Made by a program: the position numbers and the translations under genes
Notes under the pieces: model-generated
Database searches by the model: none
Told to the model about the DNA's origin: nothing
Seen by the model: the letters and a program-made list of their open reading frames with translations, nothing else
Assembly (NCBI GenBank): GCA_963779365.1
Contig: CAVZYB010000030.1
Span: 90,117-154,116, forward strand
Source of the DNA: an uncultured Acidobacteriota bacterium
GTDB taxonomy: Bacteria > Acidobacteriota > Terriglobia > Terriglobales > Acidobacteriaceae
Reading direction: 5' to 3'
Length of the DNA: 64,000 nt
In this document: positions 8,933 through 17,444 of the stretch, one piece after another
Layout: each line of letters opens with the position of its first letter
Numbering within the stretch: position 1 is the stretch's first letter

Positions 8933-9909
8933 TCAAACCTGCCTCACACCGCCACCGTCTCCGCCTCCCGCCTGGTTCAATGCTTCCACTGCCCCAGGCG
9001 GCAGCTCCAGCCGTGTCGCCGCCACCAACTCCTGCAACTGCTCCACCGTGGTCGCGCTGGCAATCGGAGCCGTAATACTGGGCCGCGCCATCAGCCAGGC
9101 CAACGCAACCTGCGCCGGTTTAGCCTCCAGCTCGCGTGCCACCTCCACCAGTGCATCCAGAATCCGCATCCCACGCTCATTAAAGTATTTCTTTAACATC
9201 CCCGCCCGCGGACCGCTCGCCGCCTCTTCCGCCGAGCGATATTTCCCGCTCAGAAAGCCGCTGGCCAACGAGAAGTACGGAATCACCCCCAGCCCGTTTT
9301 TCACGCAAACCGCTTCCAGCGAAGACTCATATCCCGCCCGGTCGTAGAGGTTGTACTCCGGCTGCAAGCTCTCATAGCGTGGCCAGTTGTGTTCGCGGCT
9401 CACCTCCAGCGCCGAGCGCAGCCGCTCGGCCGTAAAGTTCGAAGCTCCAATCGCGCGCACTTTCCCCGCCTCGAATCAGCTCCGCATACACTCCCAGCGT
9501 CTCCGCCTGCGAGGTGTCATCGTCGTCGCGATGCGACTGATACAGATCGATGTAGTCCGTCTGCAACCGCCGCAGCGAATCCTCCACCGCCTGCCGGATG
9601 TAATTCCTCGACAACCCTTTCTTGCCCGCGCCCATGGGCGAGCCCACCTTGGTCGCCAGAATCACCTTCCCGCGATTTCCCCGCGCCTTGAGCCAGCTGC
9701 CCGATAATCGTCTCCGACTCTCCGCCGCTATTCCCCGGAGCCCAGTGCGAATACGAGTCCGCCGTATCCACAAAGTTCAGTCCGCTCTCCAGCAGCGCGT
9801 CCAGCAGTGCAAACGAGCGCGCTTCATCGGCGGTCCAGCCAAATACGTTGCCGCCAAGGCATAGCGCCGGCACTTCAATTCCGGAACCACCAAGTTGTCT
9901 CTTTTTCAT
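8933..9909 (-). pseudogene. Aldo/keto reductase (about 325 aa), at least 2 frame disruptions
   Basis: Three consecutive fragments. 9517-9924: MKKRQLGGSGIEVPALCLGGNVFGW...FVDTADSY. 9372-9773: KVILATKVG...LRRLQTDYIDLYQSHRDD. 8933-9460: IGASNFTAERL...PEYNLYDR...GVIPYFSLASGFLSGKY. Confidence 0.85.
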
Positions 9910-10005
9910 CCGACCCATCTCCAATTTTTAAGATGTCGCCCGCCCTCCCCAGGTGCATTCCTTTCCTGCCCCCGATACAATAGCCCTGTGCCTGGTCTCC
10001 CCAAA

Positions 10006-10872
10006 ATGCTCCATAACATTCGCGTAACTCTCGACATGATCAAGTGGGAGCATTCCTTTCTCACTCTCCCCTTCGGTCTCACCGGCGCCGTCATCGCCGC
10101 CAACGGCGTCCCGCCCCTGCGCACCCTCGCCTGGATCTGTGTTGCCATGGTCGCCGCCCGCTCTGCCGCCATGGCCTTCAACCGCCTGGTCGATGCCGAT
10201 ATCGACGCCCTGAATCCGCGCACTTCCGTCCGCGCCCTGCCCGCCGGATTGCTCACCCGCCGCTTCGTCCTCGGCTTCACCGTCGCGGCCTCGGCGCTGC
10301 TCTTCTTCGCCGCCTGGATGCTGAATCCGCTCGCATTTTATCTTTCGCCGCTCGCCCTCATCATCGTCTGCGGCTACTCCTACAGCAAGCGTTTCACCCG
10401 CTGGGCGCATTTGTTTCTGGGCTTCGCTATGGGCATTGCTCCCGCTGCCGCCTGGGTCGCGGTTCGCGGAACCCTCGATCCCCGCGTGCTCATCGTGACC
10501 GCTGCGGTCATGTTCTGGGGCGGCGGCTTCGACATCCTCTATAGCTGTCAGGATTACCACTACGACGTCGCCAGCGGCCTCCATTCCATCCCGCGCGCCT
10601 TCGGAATCGCCGGTGCCCTCCGCCTGGCCCGAGTCTTCCACCTCATCGCCTTCGCCTTCTTTGCCTGGATGCTCTGCAGCTTCGGCCTCGGCCGCCTGGC
10701 GATTGCCGGGGTCGCCATCACCGGCGTCGCTCTGCTCTACGAGCACACCCTGGTCAAAGCCGATGACCTCAGCAAACTCAATGCCGCTTTCTTCACCACC
10801 AACGGCTTCATCTCCATGCTTATTCTCTTTGCCGTCACCGCCGACCGTCTCTTCCTCGCCCATCGTCCCTAG
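10006..10872 (+). CDS. UbiA-family polyprenyltransferase, plausibly the futalosine-pathway prenyltransferase (MqnP-like)
   Basis: Multi-TM ORF with the motif AFNRLVDADIDALNPRTSVRALPAG and a second Asp-rich region, YSCQDYHYD. ATG at 10006 chosen; the track ORF starts at 9895. Confidence 0.75.
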   Translation: MLHNIRVTLDMIKWEHSFLTLPFGLTGAVIAANGVPPLRTLAWICVAMVAARSAAMAFNRLVDADIDALNPRTSVRALPAGLLTRRFVLGFTVAASALLFFAAWMLNPLAFYLSPLALIIVCGYSYSKRFTRWAHLFLGFAMGIAPAAAWVAVRGTLDPRVLIVTAAVMFWGGGFDILYSCQDYHYDVASGLHSIPRAFGIAGALRLARVFHLIAFAFFAWMLCSFGLGRLAIAGVAITGVALLYEHTLVKADDLSKLNAAFFTTNGFISMLILFAVTADRLFLAHRP

Positions 10873-11018
10873 CCGCTCTCGCTTCAAACGATTTACAACC
10901 TCCGGCAGCAACTCTGCATCGGATTTAAGAAGCGCAGGAAAAACCCTTTGCGGCGCTTGGCGGCCTGTGAATCAGGCCAAGGGTTCTGGTCGAGTAAACC
11001 ATCTAAGGAGAGTTCCGA

Positions 11019-11201
11019 ATGAAAGCTGCTGTTCTGCATATCCTTCGTAGCCTGCATAACGATGAGTCCGGTCAGGACCTGATTGAGTATGCATTGCTCG
11101 CCGCTTTGGTCGCCCTTGCCGCAACCGCTACCATGCAGAGTGTGGGCACCGCAATCAACACGATATGCACCAATATTGTCACGTCTTTAAGCGCAGCCTA
11201 G
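11019..11201 (+). CDS. flp: Flp/Fap family type IVb pilin subunit
   Basis: 60 aa. Signature ESGQDLIEYALLAALVALAATATM. AAGGAG lies 8 nt upstream of the ATG. Confidence 0.8.
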   Translation: MKAAVLHILRSLHNDESGQDLIEYALLAALVALAATATMQSVGTAINTICTNIVTSLSAA

Positions 11202-11621
11202 CCCAGAGTCGAGCCGAGCAATCATGCGCTTGCATAGCCGCACGCGCATGATTCAGAAGCTAGCCGTTGCTATGTCTCGGGAATGGGAGCTGGACAGACC
11301 TGCGCTCATCGCCTTGCGCCCTCGAAAGATCAGAGGGTTCCCGACACCTGCGAGCACCTGCTTTCCACCGTTTGTGAAGCGTCCCGTCCCGGTGCTACAA
11401 CCGGTGGGATCAGTAACCGTGACGCTGCTGGTTTGACCATTTGGGAAGTCGTCGTCCCAAGCTCCGTTCGCCACCGCCTCCACGATCACCGTGCTGGGGA
11501 CCATCTCTGGGGCTTTTAGTTCCCGCGTGGCCCGCAACCACCCTAGTTGGCAATTGTGGGGTGCGATCCCTCCCCCATAGCGAGAGTCGATTTGATAGAA
11601 TCCCACATCGGAGGAATTTCC

Positions 11622-11933
11622 TTGAGCGAAGAGAAACCAGATGAAATACACGGAAGACTGTGCCTCGAATATGTTGAGACCCGCAAGGCCTTTCAGGCAT
11701 GTGTCGCAGAACTGAAGCGCGTCGGTGAAAATTTCAAGCTTCTGGGGAAAGAACTGATCGAACGTCCTGGTGTCCTCCGCTTAAATCCGGTTGCCTTTGC
11801 AGCCGATTCCGCGGCCGTCCCCTCGCTGCTAGCCCAGTTCGCCAATCTGAAGGACAAACTGCGGGAGCTCCAAAAAGAGATCGAAGTCCATGGCCCGCTG
11901 CCGACGCCTGAGTATTCCCTGCCAATATTGTAA
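11622..11933 (+). CDS. Hypothetical small helical protein (about 103 aa)
   Basis: TTG at 11622 lies 6 nt after GGAGG, within track ORF 11547-11933. Coiled-coil-like sequence: AELKRVGENFKLLGKELIE...NLKDKLRELQKEIE. No family recognised. Confidence 0.4.
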   Translation: MSEEKPDEIHGRLCLEYVETRKAFQACVAELKRVGENFKLLGKELIERPGVLRLNPVAFAADSAAVPSLLAQFANLKDKLRELQKEIEVHGPLPTPEYSLPIL

Positions 11934-12234
11934 GAACGATCACTCCGGCCCAGGCAGGCTGTTACGAAACGTGCTCTGTTGCTGTTGGAAGGGTCATGCT
12001 GAGCGCAGCCAAGCACCCCAGCACCGCTCGCTCCCACATCCGCCTTCCGTTTGTAGTCGCAAGCTATCGATCACCGCTTCCGCCTATTTAGCGGGTGGCC
12101 CAGAGTTGGCGCTGTTGGTCCAGTTCCACGAGATGCTTTACCGTTTGTTCCGCGACATCCTGAACAGTTTCGGTTATGAGATCCCGGCGTCCAGGCAGCG
12201 ATCGACGATCGTTATGAGGTTTTCGGGGTGAGGA

Positions 12235-15045
12235 TTACACTCCCAAAGTTTGGGTACGGATCTGCCTGCCGCGCGTGAGCCTTAATTTTCCCCGGTGCAA
12301 CTCTGCCGGTGGCTGGATGGTTTCCTTCCAAAGCAGGCATGCGGCGTCAATAGCTGAAAGAGGCTTGGAAAAGACGAAGCCCTGGATCAGATCGCAGCCC
12401 ATCCCCTGCAAGTCGGCAAGCTGCTCTTTCGTTTCGACTCCTTCCGCCACGGTCTTCAATCCCAGGTTATGGGCAAGGGTGATAATCGCCTCGACGATGC
12501 AGCGCGTACTGTCTGGCTCCAGCATTCTCACCACGAACGAGCGGTCGATCTTCAGGGTGTGAATGGGGAGCTGGTGCAGGTAACTCAAGCAGGAGTATCC
12601 GGTGCCAAAGTCATCCACCGACAGCATTACACCAAGCCTGGCCATCTCAGAAATCTGCCGTACAGAATCCCCGACGCCGCTCATCAGCATGCCCTCGGTG
12701 AGTTCCACCTCCAGCAGTTCCGGTTTCACGCCAGTCTTTTGAAGGGTGCGTGCCATGGTATCAGCGAAGTCCCCGCGAGCGAGTTGCAAGGGGGAAACAT
12801 TGAGTGCGACACGAACCGGACGTAAACCCTTCTCTTGCCACTCCAGGATCTGACGGCACACCTCTTCCAGAACCCATTCTCCGATGGGAAGGATGAGTCC
12901 ACTCTCTTCAGCCATGGGGATGAACCGGCTTGGCGGCACCATGCCGAGCTTGGGATGCTTGAAGCGCAACAACGCCTCGAATCCCTCCAGCCGACGATCA
13001 CAGGTGAACTGAGGCTGAAAGTGGAGCGAAAACGAACCTTCTTCGATTGCACGATGAAGCTGCAACTCGATTTCGATGCGATTGCGGTCTTCGATTACCT
13101 CGTCCGAATACTGCTGGACAAGATTGCCGCCCTGGGCCTTGGCCCGGTACATGGCACGGTCGGCGTTGCGTTGCAGTGTGTCGGCATCGATTCCATCCTG
13201 CGGATACACAGCAATTCCAATGCTTGCTGATCCATAGAGCGTTTGATTTTCCACCTCAAAGGGATCGCGGAGCGATGCGGTCAGCGATGCTGCCACTCGG
13301 CCGACGTCATGCACATCCTGGATGTCAGGCAGAATCAGAGTGAACTCGTCGCCCCCGGTGCGCGCCAAGGTGTCGCTATTGCGGAGGCGCGCGAGCAACC
13401 GGACACTGATCTGGCGGAGGAAGAGATCACCGGCATCGTGGCCGAGCGTGTCGTTGATGTCCTTGAAACGGTCTAGATCAATGGAGAGGAATCCAATTTG
13501 CGTCTGGTTGCGTTCTGCCCTTGCGAGCGCCTGTTTTAGCCTGTCGGCCAGCAGCAAGCGGTTGGGCAGTCCGGTGAGCGCATCGTGATAACCCTGGTGC
13601 AGCAGCCTTTCGTAGGCTCGATGGTGCTCGATGGCGAGGGCTCCAAGCTGCGCCGCTTGACGCAGGACATCCCTCTGCGCGGGTTCCAGCGCGGTTGTGA
13701 ATGGGTGGTTCAGTGCGATGGTGCCCAGCAGTTCGTTGGCTGCGGAAACCATGGACTCCGTCCACATGCCGGCGAAGCGTTCGCGGGCGATCGCGCGCAA
13801 GGGAACTTCCCAGTCTCTCAATTCCATCGAGCCATGGTGCGCATTCCGCTGAATGCGGTTGTAGGGCAGGGCACGAAGGGCGGAACGGAAGTCCTCCGGC
13901 AAATGGCGGGAGGCGACAACACGGAAATACTCGTCCTCGCAGACCAGAACCGAGCAGCAGTAGCCCGGCAGCCGCTGTTCCACGGCGGTGATCAGGAGTC
14001 TTGAGACTTCCTCGACCGGCTTGTTTCGCGAAATCATCTCCAGCAGTTCGGCGCAATTACGGGTGAACTGGACGGCGACTTCGCGCTCGGTTGTATCGCG
14101 CAAGGTCACGGTGGCGCCGATCGGCTCTCCGTCGCGAAAATTGGGAGAAGAGGACCACTCCACTGAGACCGGAGGACGATCCGGACGTAGGATGCGGGCC
14201 TTCGCCCGGCTGATTGGCATGGTCAGGCGAAGACTGAAATCCGAGAATTCCCGGGCCGAAGACAAGTCATCGTCGGGCGTCAGCACTTCCTGAATACATG
14301 AAACGGAAAGGTCCTTGCCGGGAACGGCCAGCATGCCTGCGGCAGTGGCGTTGACGAATGTGATGCGGCCACTGAGATCGACTTCGCAAATTGCGTGATC
14401 TGTGGAATCGACCAGTCTGCGCAGGCGTTCAGCACCGACCTGCAGATCCCCATTAACAAGCGTGAGATCGCGGACGGCCAGGAACAACAGCGTGATGGTG
14501 CTCGCGAACGGCCCGAGGAACTCACAGGAAGTTAAAAGCAGCGGGGCGAAGTTCGTGATCCAATGCATTGCCAGCACGATGCCTAGCAGTTCGCGCACCA
14601 TTCCGAGCACAAGAATCACTGAGATCACAGAGACGGTCCAGAGGTGGCGCTTCCTGTGTTCGTGCAGGCAAAACATAAGCAAGGCTAAGATGAGGAACGC
14701 AATCAGACTACGCGCGGCGGCAATTCGACTGGTAGAGTTGGCGAACAAAATCAGGAGAGCGAGACCGAGGAGGATGGATACGCTAATGGCGTACTTGAAG
14801 TAGTTCAACTGAGGCCTCTTCCAGAGAAGCCCGCGCCCGATGCATCCCATTTGCGCGCAAATACAGACCAAGAGAATTGGGCCAAGGATCGCCGGGGACC
14901 ATCCCTCGGCAAACCGCTCCAACAGCGAGGCCGACAATCCGATTCCCGTCGCATAAAACCACCAGCGGTTGGGGAGTTGTGCCACCAGACATGAAATTAG
15001 CGCGGCAGCAATACCTGTGATCCCGATTTGGGCGATAAAATCCAT
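12235..15045 (-). CDS. Membrane sensor with PAS, GAF, GGDEF and EAL domains (c-di-GMP cyclase/phosphodiesterase)
   Basis: Intact 936-aa ORF. N-terminal multi-TM region. RTGGDEFTL (GGDEF), EGFEALLRF (EAL), DDFGTGYSCLSYL, QGFVFSKP. Confidence 0.9.
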   Translation of the reverse strand: MDFIAQIGITGIAAALISCLVAQLPNRWWFYATGIGLSASLLERFAEGWSPAILGPILLVCICAQMGCIGRGLLWKRPQLNYFKYAISVSILLGLALLILFANSTSRIAAARSLIAFLILALLMFCLHEHRKRHLWTVSVISVILVLGMVRELLGIVLAMHWITNFAPLLLTSCEFLGPFASTITLLFLAVRDLTLVNGDLQVGAERLRRLVDSTDHAICEVDLSGRITFVNATAAGMLAVPGKDLSVSCIQEVLTPDDDLSSAREFSDFSLRLTMPISRAKARILRPDRPPVSVEWSSSPNFRDGEPIGATVTLRDTTEREVAVQFTRNCAELLEMISRNKPVEEVSRLLITAVEQRLPGYCCSVLVCEDEYFRVVASRHLPEDFRSALRALPYNRIQRNAHHGSMELRDWEVPLRAIARERFAGMWTESMVSAANELLGTIALNHPFTTALEPAQRDVLRQAAQLGALAIEHHRAYERLLHQGYHDALTGLPNRLLLADRLKQALARAERNQTQIGFLSIDLDRFKDINDTLGHDAGDLFLRQISVRLLARLRNSDTLARTGGDEFTLILPDIQDVHDVGRVAASLTASLRDPFEVENQTLYGSASIGIAVYPQDGIDADTLQRNADRAMYRAKAQGGNLVQQYSDEVIEDRNRIEIELQLHRAIEEGSFSLHFQPQFTCDRRLEGFEALLRFKHPKLGMVPPSRFIPMAEESGLILPIGEWVLEEVCRQILEWQEKGLRPVRVALNVSPLQLARGDFADTMARTLQKTGVKPELLEVELTEGMLMSGVGDSVRQISEMARLGVMLSVDDFGTGYSCLSYLHQLPIHTLKIDRSFVVRMLEPDSTRCIVEAIITLAHNLGLKTVAEGVETKEQLADLQGMGCDLIQGFVFSKPLSAIDAACLLWKETIQPPAELHRGKLRLTRGRQIRTQTLGV

Positions 15046-15307
15046 GGAGGTTCTCTGCTTAACTTTCCAGCCTCACATCATCCGATGCAGGCTATATTGC
15101 CCACGGGAACTGTAGCATCAACAACGGATCAGCTGAACGGCTGTCTTCGTATGACAATTACGTTGGTAACCTGAAAATGGCTACTTATGAGTAGATCGGG
15201 ATACGGTGCGGTGATGGCAACCCGCTGCTCTCCGGTTAAAGCCGTACGGAATCAATTGACGGATGGAATCGCATAAGTCAGTGCAGGAGCCGGATGCGGG
15301 AAGTGCC

Positions 15308-15344
15308 CCTCAGACTTGCGCTTCTCGAAAGCGCAAGTCTGAGG
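15308..15344 (-). terminator. Perfect 16-bp stem hairpin downstream of the ADH gene; no U-tract
   Basis: CCTCAGACTTGCGCTTctcgaAAGCGCAAGTCTGAGG, 60 nt after the ADH stop (15405-15407). Confidence 0.4.
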
Positions 15345-15404
15345 ATCTGACGGCTGATACAGGCTGGCCTCCGGCCCGAAACGCGAAAGTGCTTATATGT
15401 CGGA

Positions 15405-16464
15405 TTACTCAGACTTGAGCGAAGCCATGTCGATAGAGAAGCGATACTTCACATCCGACTTGAGCAGTCTCTCGTAAGCCTCGTTGACCTTCTGGATCGG
15501 GATCACTTCGACATCGGCGGTGAGGTTGTGCTGCCCGCAGAAGTCGAGCATTTCCTGGGTTTCGGCGATTCCGCCGATAGGAGAACCGGAGAGACTGCGG
15601 CGGCCCATGATCAGGCCGAATGCCGAAACGGAGAGAGGCTTTTCGGGCGCGCCGACGAGCGTAATGTTGCCGTCGCGTCGTAGTAAATTGATGTACGCAC
15701 TGATGTCGTGGTCGGCGGCAATAGCATCGAGGATGAAGTCGAAGCTGCCGGTGTGCTTTCGCATCTCGTCGGCATTCTTTGAGATCACGACCTCGTCTGC
15801 TCCGAGCCGGAGTGCATCTTGCTTCTTGCCCGGTGAAGTGGTGAAGACCACAACGTGGGCTCCGAGTGCATGGGCAAACTTCACGGCCATGTGGCCCAGT
15901 CCGCCGAGACCGGCCACGCCCACTTTCTTGTCCTTGGTGACGCCCCAGTGGCGCATGGGCGAGTAGGTTGTGATTCCCGCGCAAAGCAAAGGAGCTGCGC
16001 CGGCGAGATCGAGGTTCGACGGGAACGCGCAGAACAAACCTCTGGTCGACGACGATGCTGTCGGAGTAGCCGCCGTAGGTGACGCCTCCGAGGTGTTTGT
16101 CAGGCAGGTTGTAGGTAAAGATCACATTGGGGCAGAACTGCTCAAGCCCCGCTTTGCACTCAGGACAGGTGCCGTCCGAATCCACCATGCATCCGACCGC
16201 GGCGAGGTCACCGGGCTTGAACTTGGAGACCGCAGAGCCAGCCTTGGTGACGCGGCCGACGATCTCGTGGCCAGGGACGCAAGGGTAGACGGTCGGCATC
16301 ACGCCGCTCCACTCGTTGCGAACCTGATGGAGATCGGAGTGACAGATACCGCAGAAAAGAATTTCGATCTGGACATCGTGTTCGGTGGGATCGCGCCGCA
16401 CGATCTTGGTGGAGGCTAGCGGCGATGTCGCACTGGCAGCGGAATAAGCTTTCGCGTTGAACAT
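15405..16464 (-). pseudogene. Zn-dependent NAD(P) alcohol dehydrogenase (cinnamyl-ADH/YahK-like), one frame disruption near 16011-16026
   Basis: N-terminal part: GICHSDLHQVRNEW...VPGHEIVG...CPECKAG (ORF 15409-16515). C-terminal part: LLCAGITTYSPM...VGVAGLGGLGHMAVKFA (ORF 15405-16037). Removing one base restores ...FVLRVPSNLDLAGAAPLLCAG. Confidence 0.9.
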
Positions 16465-16573
16465 GTGACTTAATCTAGATGCTCGCCGCGCTTTACGGTA
16501 TGCAACACACGCCATTGTTTATGCAATATGCGCCAGAATGCGTGACAGCAAGTGAGGATTCTTGACGGTCGGT

Positions 16574-17437
16574 TCAAGAGGCCCCCATCGGCAGTACCGA
16601 GACCTCAACGTCAACGCTGTGGGAACCCCCACCCACTGCGATTCCGCTTACCGGCGTCACGTCACCGTAGTCGCGGCCCCAGGCCAGGATTACGTGGCCA
16701 TCGGACGGCATGACGTCGTTGGTGGGATCGAAACTAAGCCACCCGCTACCGGGGACGAAAGCCGATACCCAGGCATGAGAGGCTTCGGCTCCCAGACTTC
16801 CAGTACTGCTGCGCAGGTATCCGCTGGTATATCGGGCCGCCAATCGCAAAGACCGCAGCGCGCCGATCATCACATGCGCGAAATCCTGACAGACTCCCTG
16901 CCGGTTGCGGAGCACCTCGAGGAGGGGCATCTTGATCGAAGTCGATTTGGGCCGATAGCGGAATTCGACGTGGATGCGGTGAGATAGCTCTTTCAGAGCA
17001 TCTACCAGCGGGCGCTGGGGAGTGAACGTAGGTCTGGCGAACTCCGCAAGCTCAGGGTCGCTGGAAACGAAAGGAGAATCAAATACAAATTCTAGGGCCT
17101 CAAGAGACTCGTCATCGGGGTGCGAGGCAATCAGATCGCGAGCTTGCTCCCAGGCGGTGCTGAGAATCGGATCCTACTGTGAGTGGCTGCACTTCGACGA
17201 CACTGTTGGCTTTGATCACGAGTCGATATGGGTTTCAAAGATCGCGGCCATGGTAACGTCATTCCCAAAATAGTCTTTCCGGCGCTGCAGGGTAGCCGGT
17301 TCCGGTTGGATGGAGAGGTCGCTCTCGCGAACTTGCTGGCCAGGGAATGAACGCGGAGTGAGATGCAGCTCATTGAGAGACTGAGAAACCGGCGACTGGT
17401 ATAAGTGGCTTGTGATATGGGTGACAGAGTAGAGCAT
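16574..17437 (-). pseudogene. Transglutaminase-fold protein (about 288 aa: Bact_transglu_N-type N-terminus plus transglutaminase core), at least 2 frame disruptions at about 17170-17216
   Basis: N-terminus MLYSVTHITSHLYQSPVSQSLNELHLTPRSFPGQ...RRKDYFGN (ORF 17216-17476). Core RQGVCQDFAHV ... SHAWVSAFVPGSGWLSFDPTND (ORF 16574-16930), giving a Cys-His-Asp triad. Start lies 7 nt after the upstream stop, with GAGGA in between. Confidence 0.85.
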
Positions 17438-17444
17438 ACGATCC

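Noticed and set aside
8906-8940. Tandem 17-18-nt repeat CTTGAAACTTTGAAACCT / CTGAAACTTTCAAACCT.
   Set aside because: There are only two units, the second overlaps the stop codon of the aldo/keto reductase, and I can attach no further copies or structure to it. Probably a local duplication.
11253-11651. 132-aa minus-strand ORF downstream of flp.
   Set aside because: There is no SD, the N-terminal half looks non-coding, and only about 60 aa (TVIVEAVANGAWDDDFPNGQTSSVTVTDPTGC…) look protein-like. It may be a gene relic, so it is mentioned in a finding rather than called.
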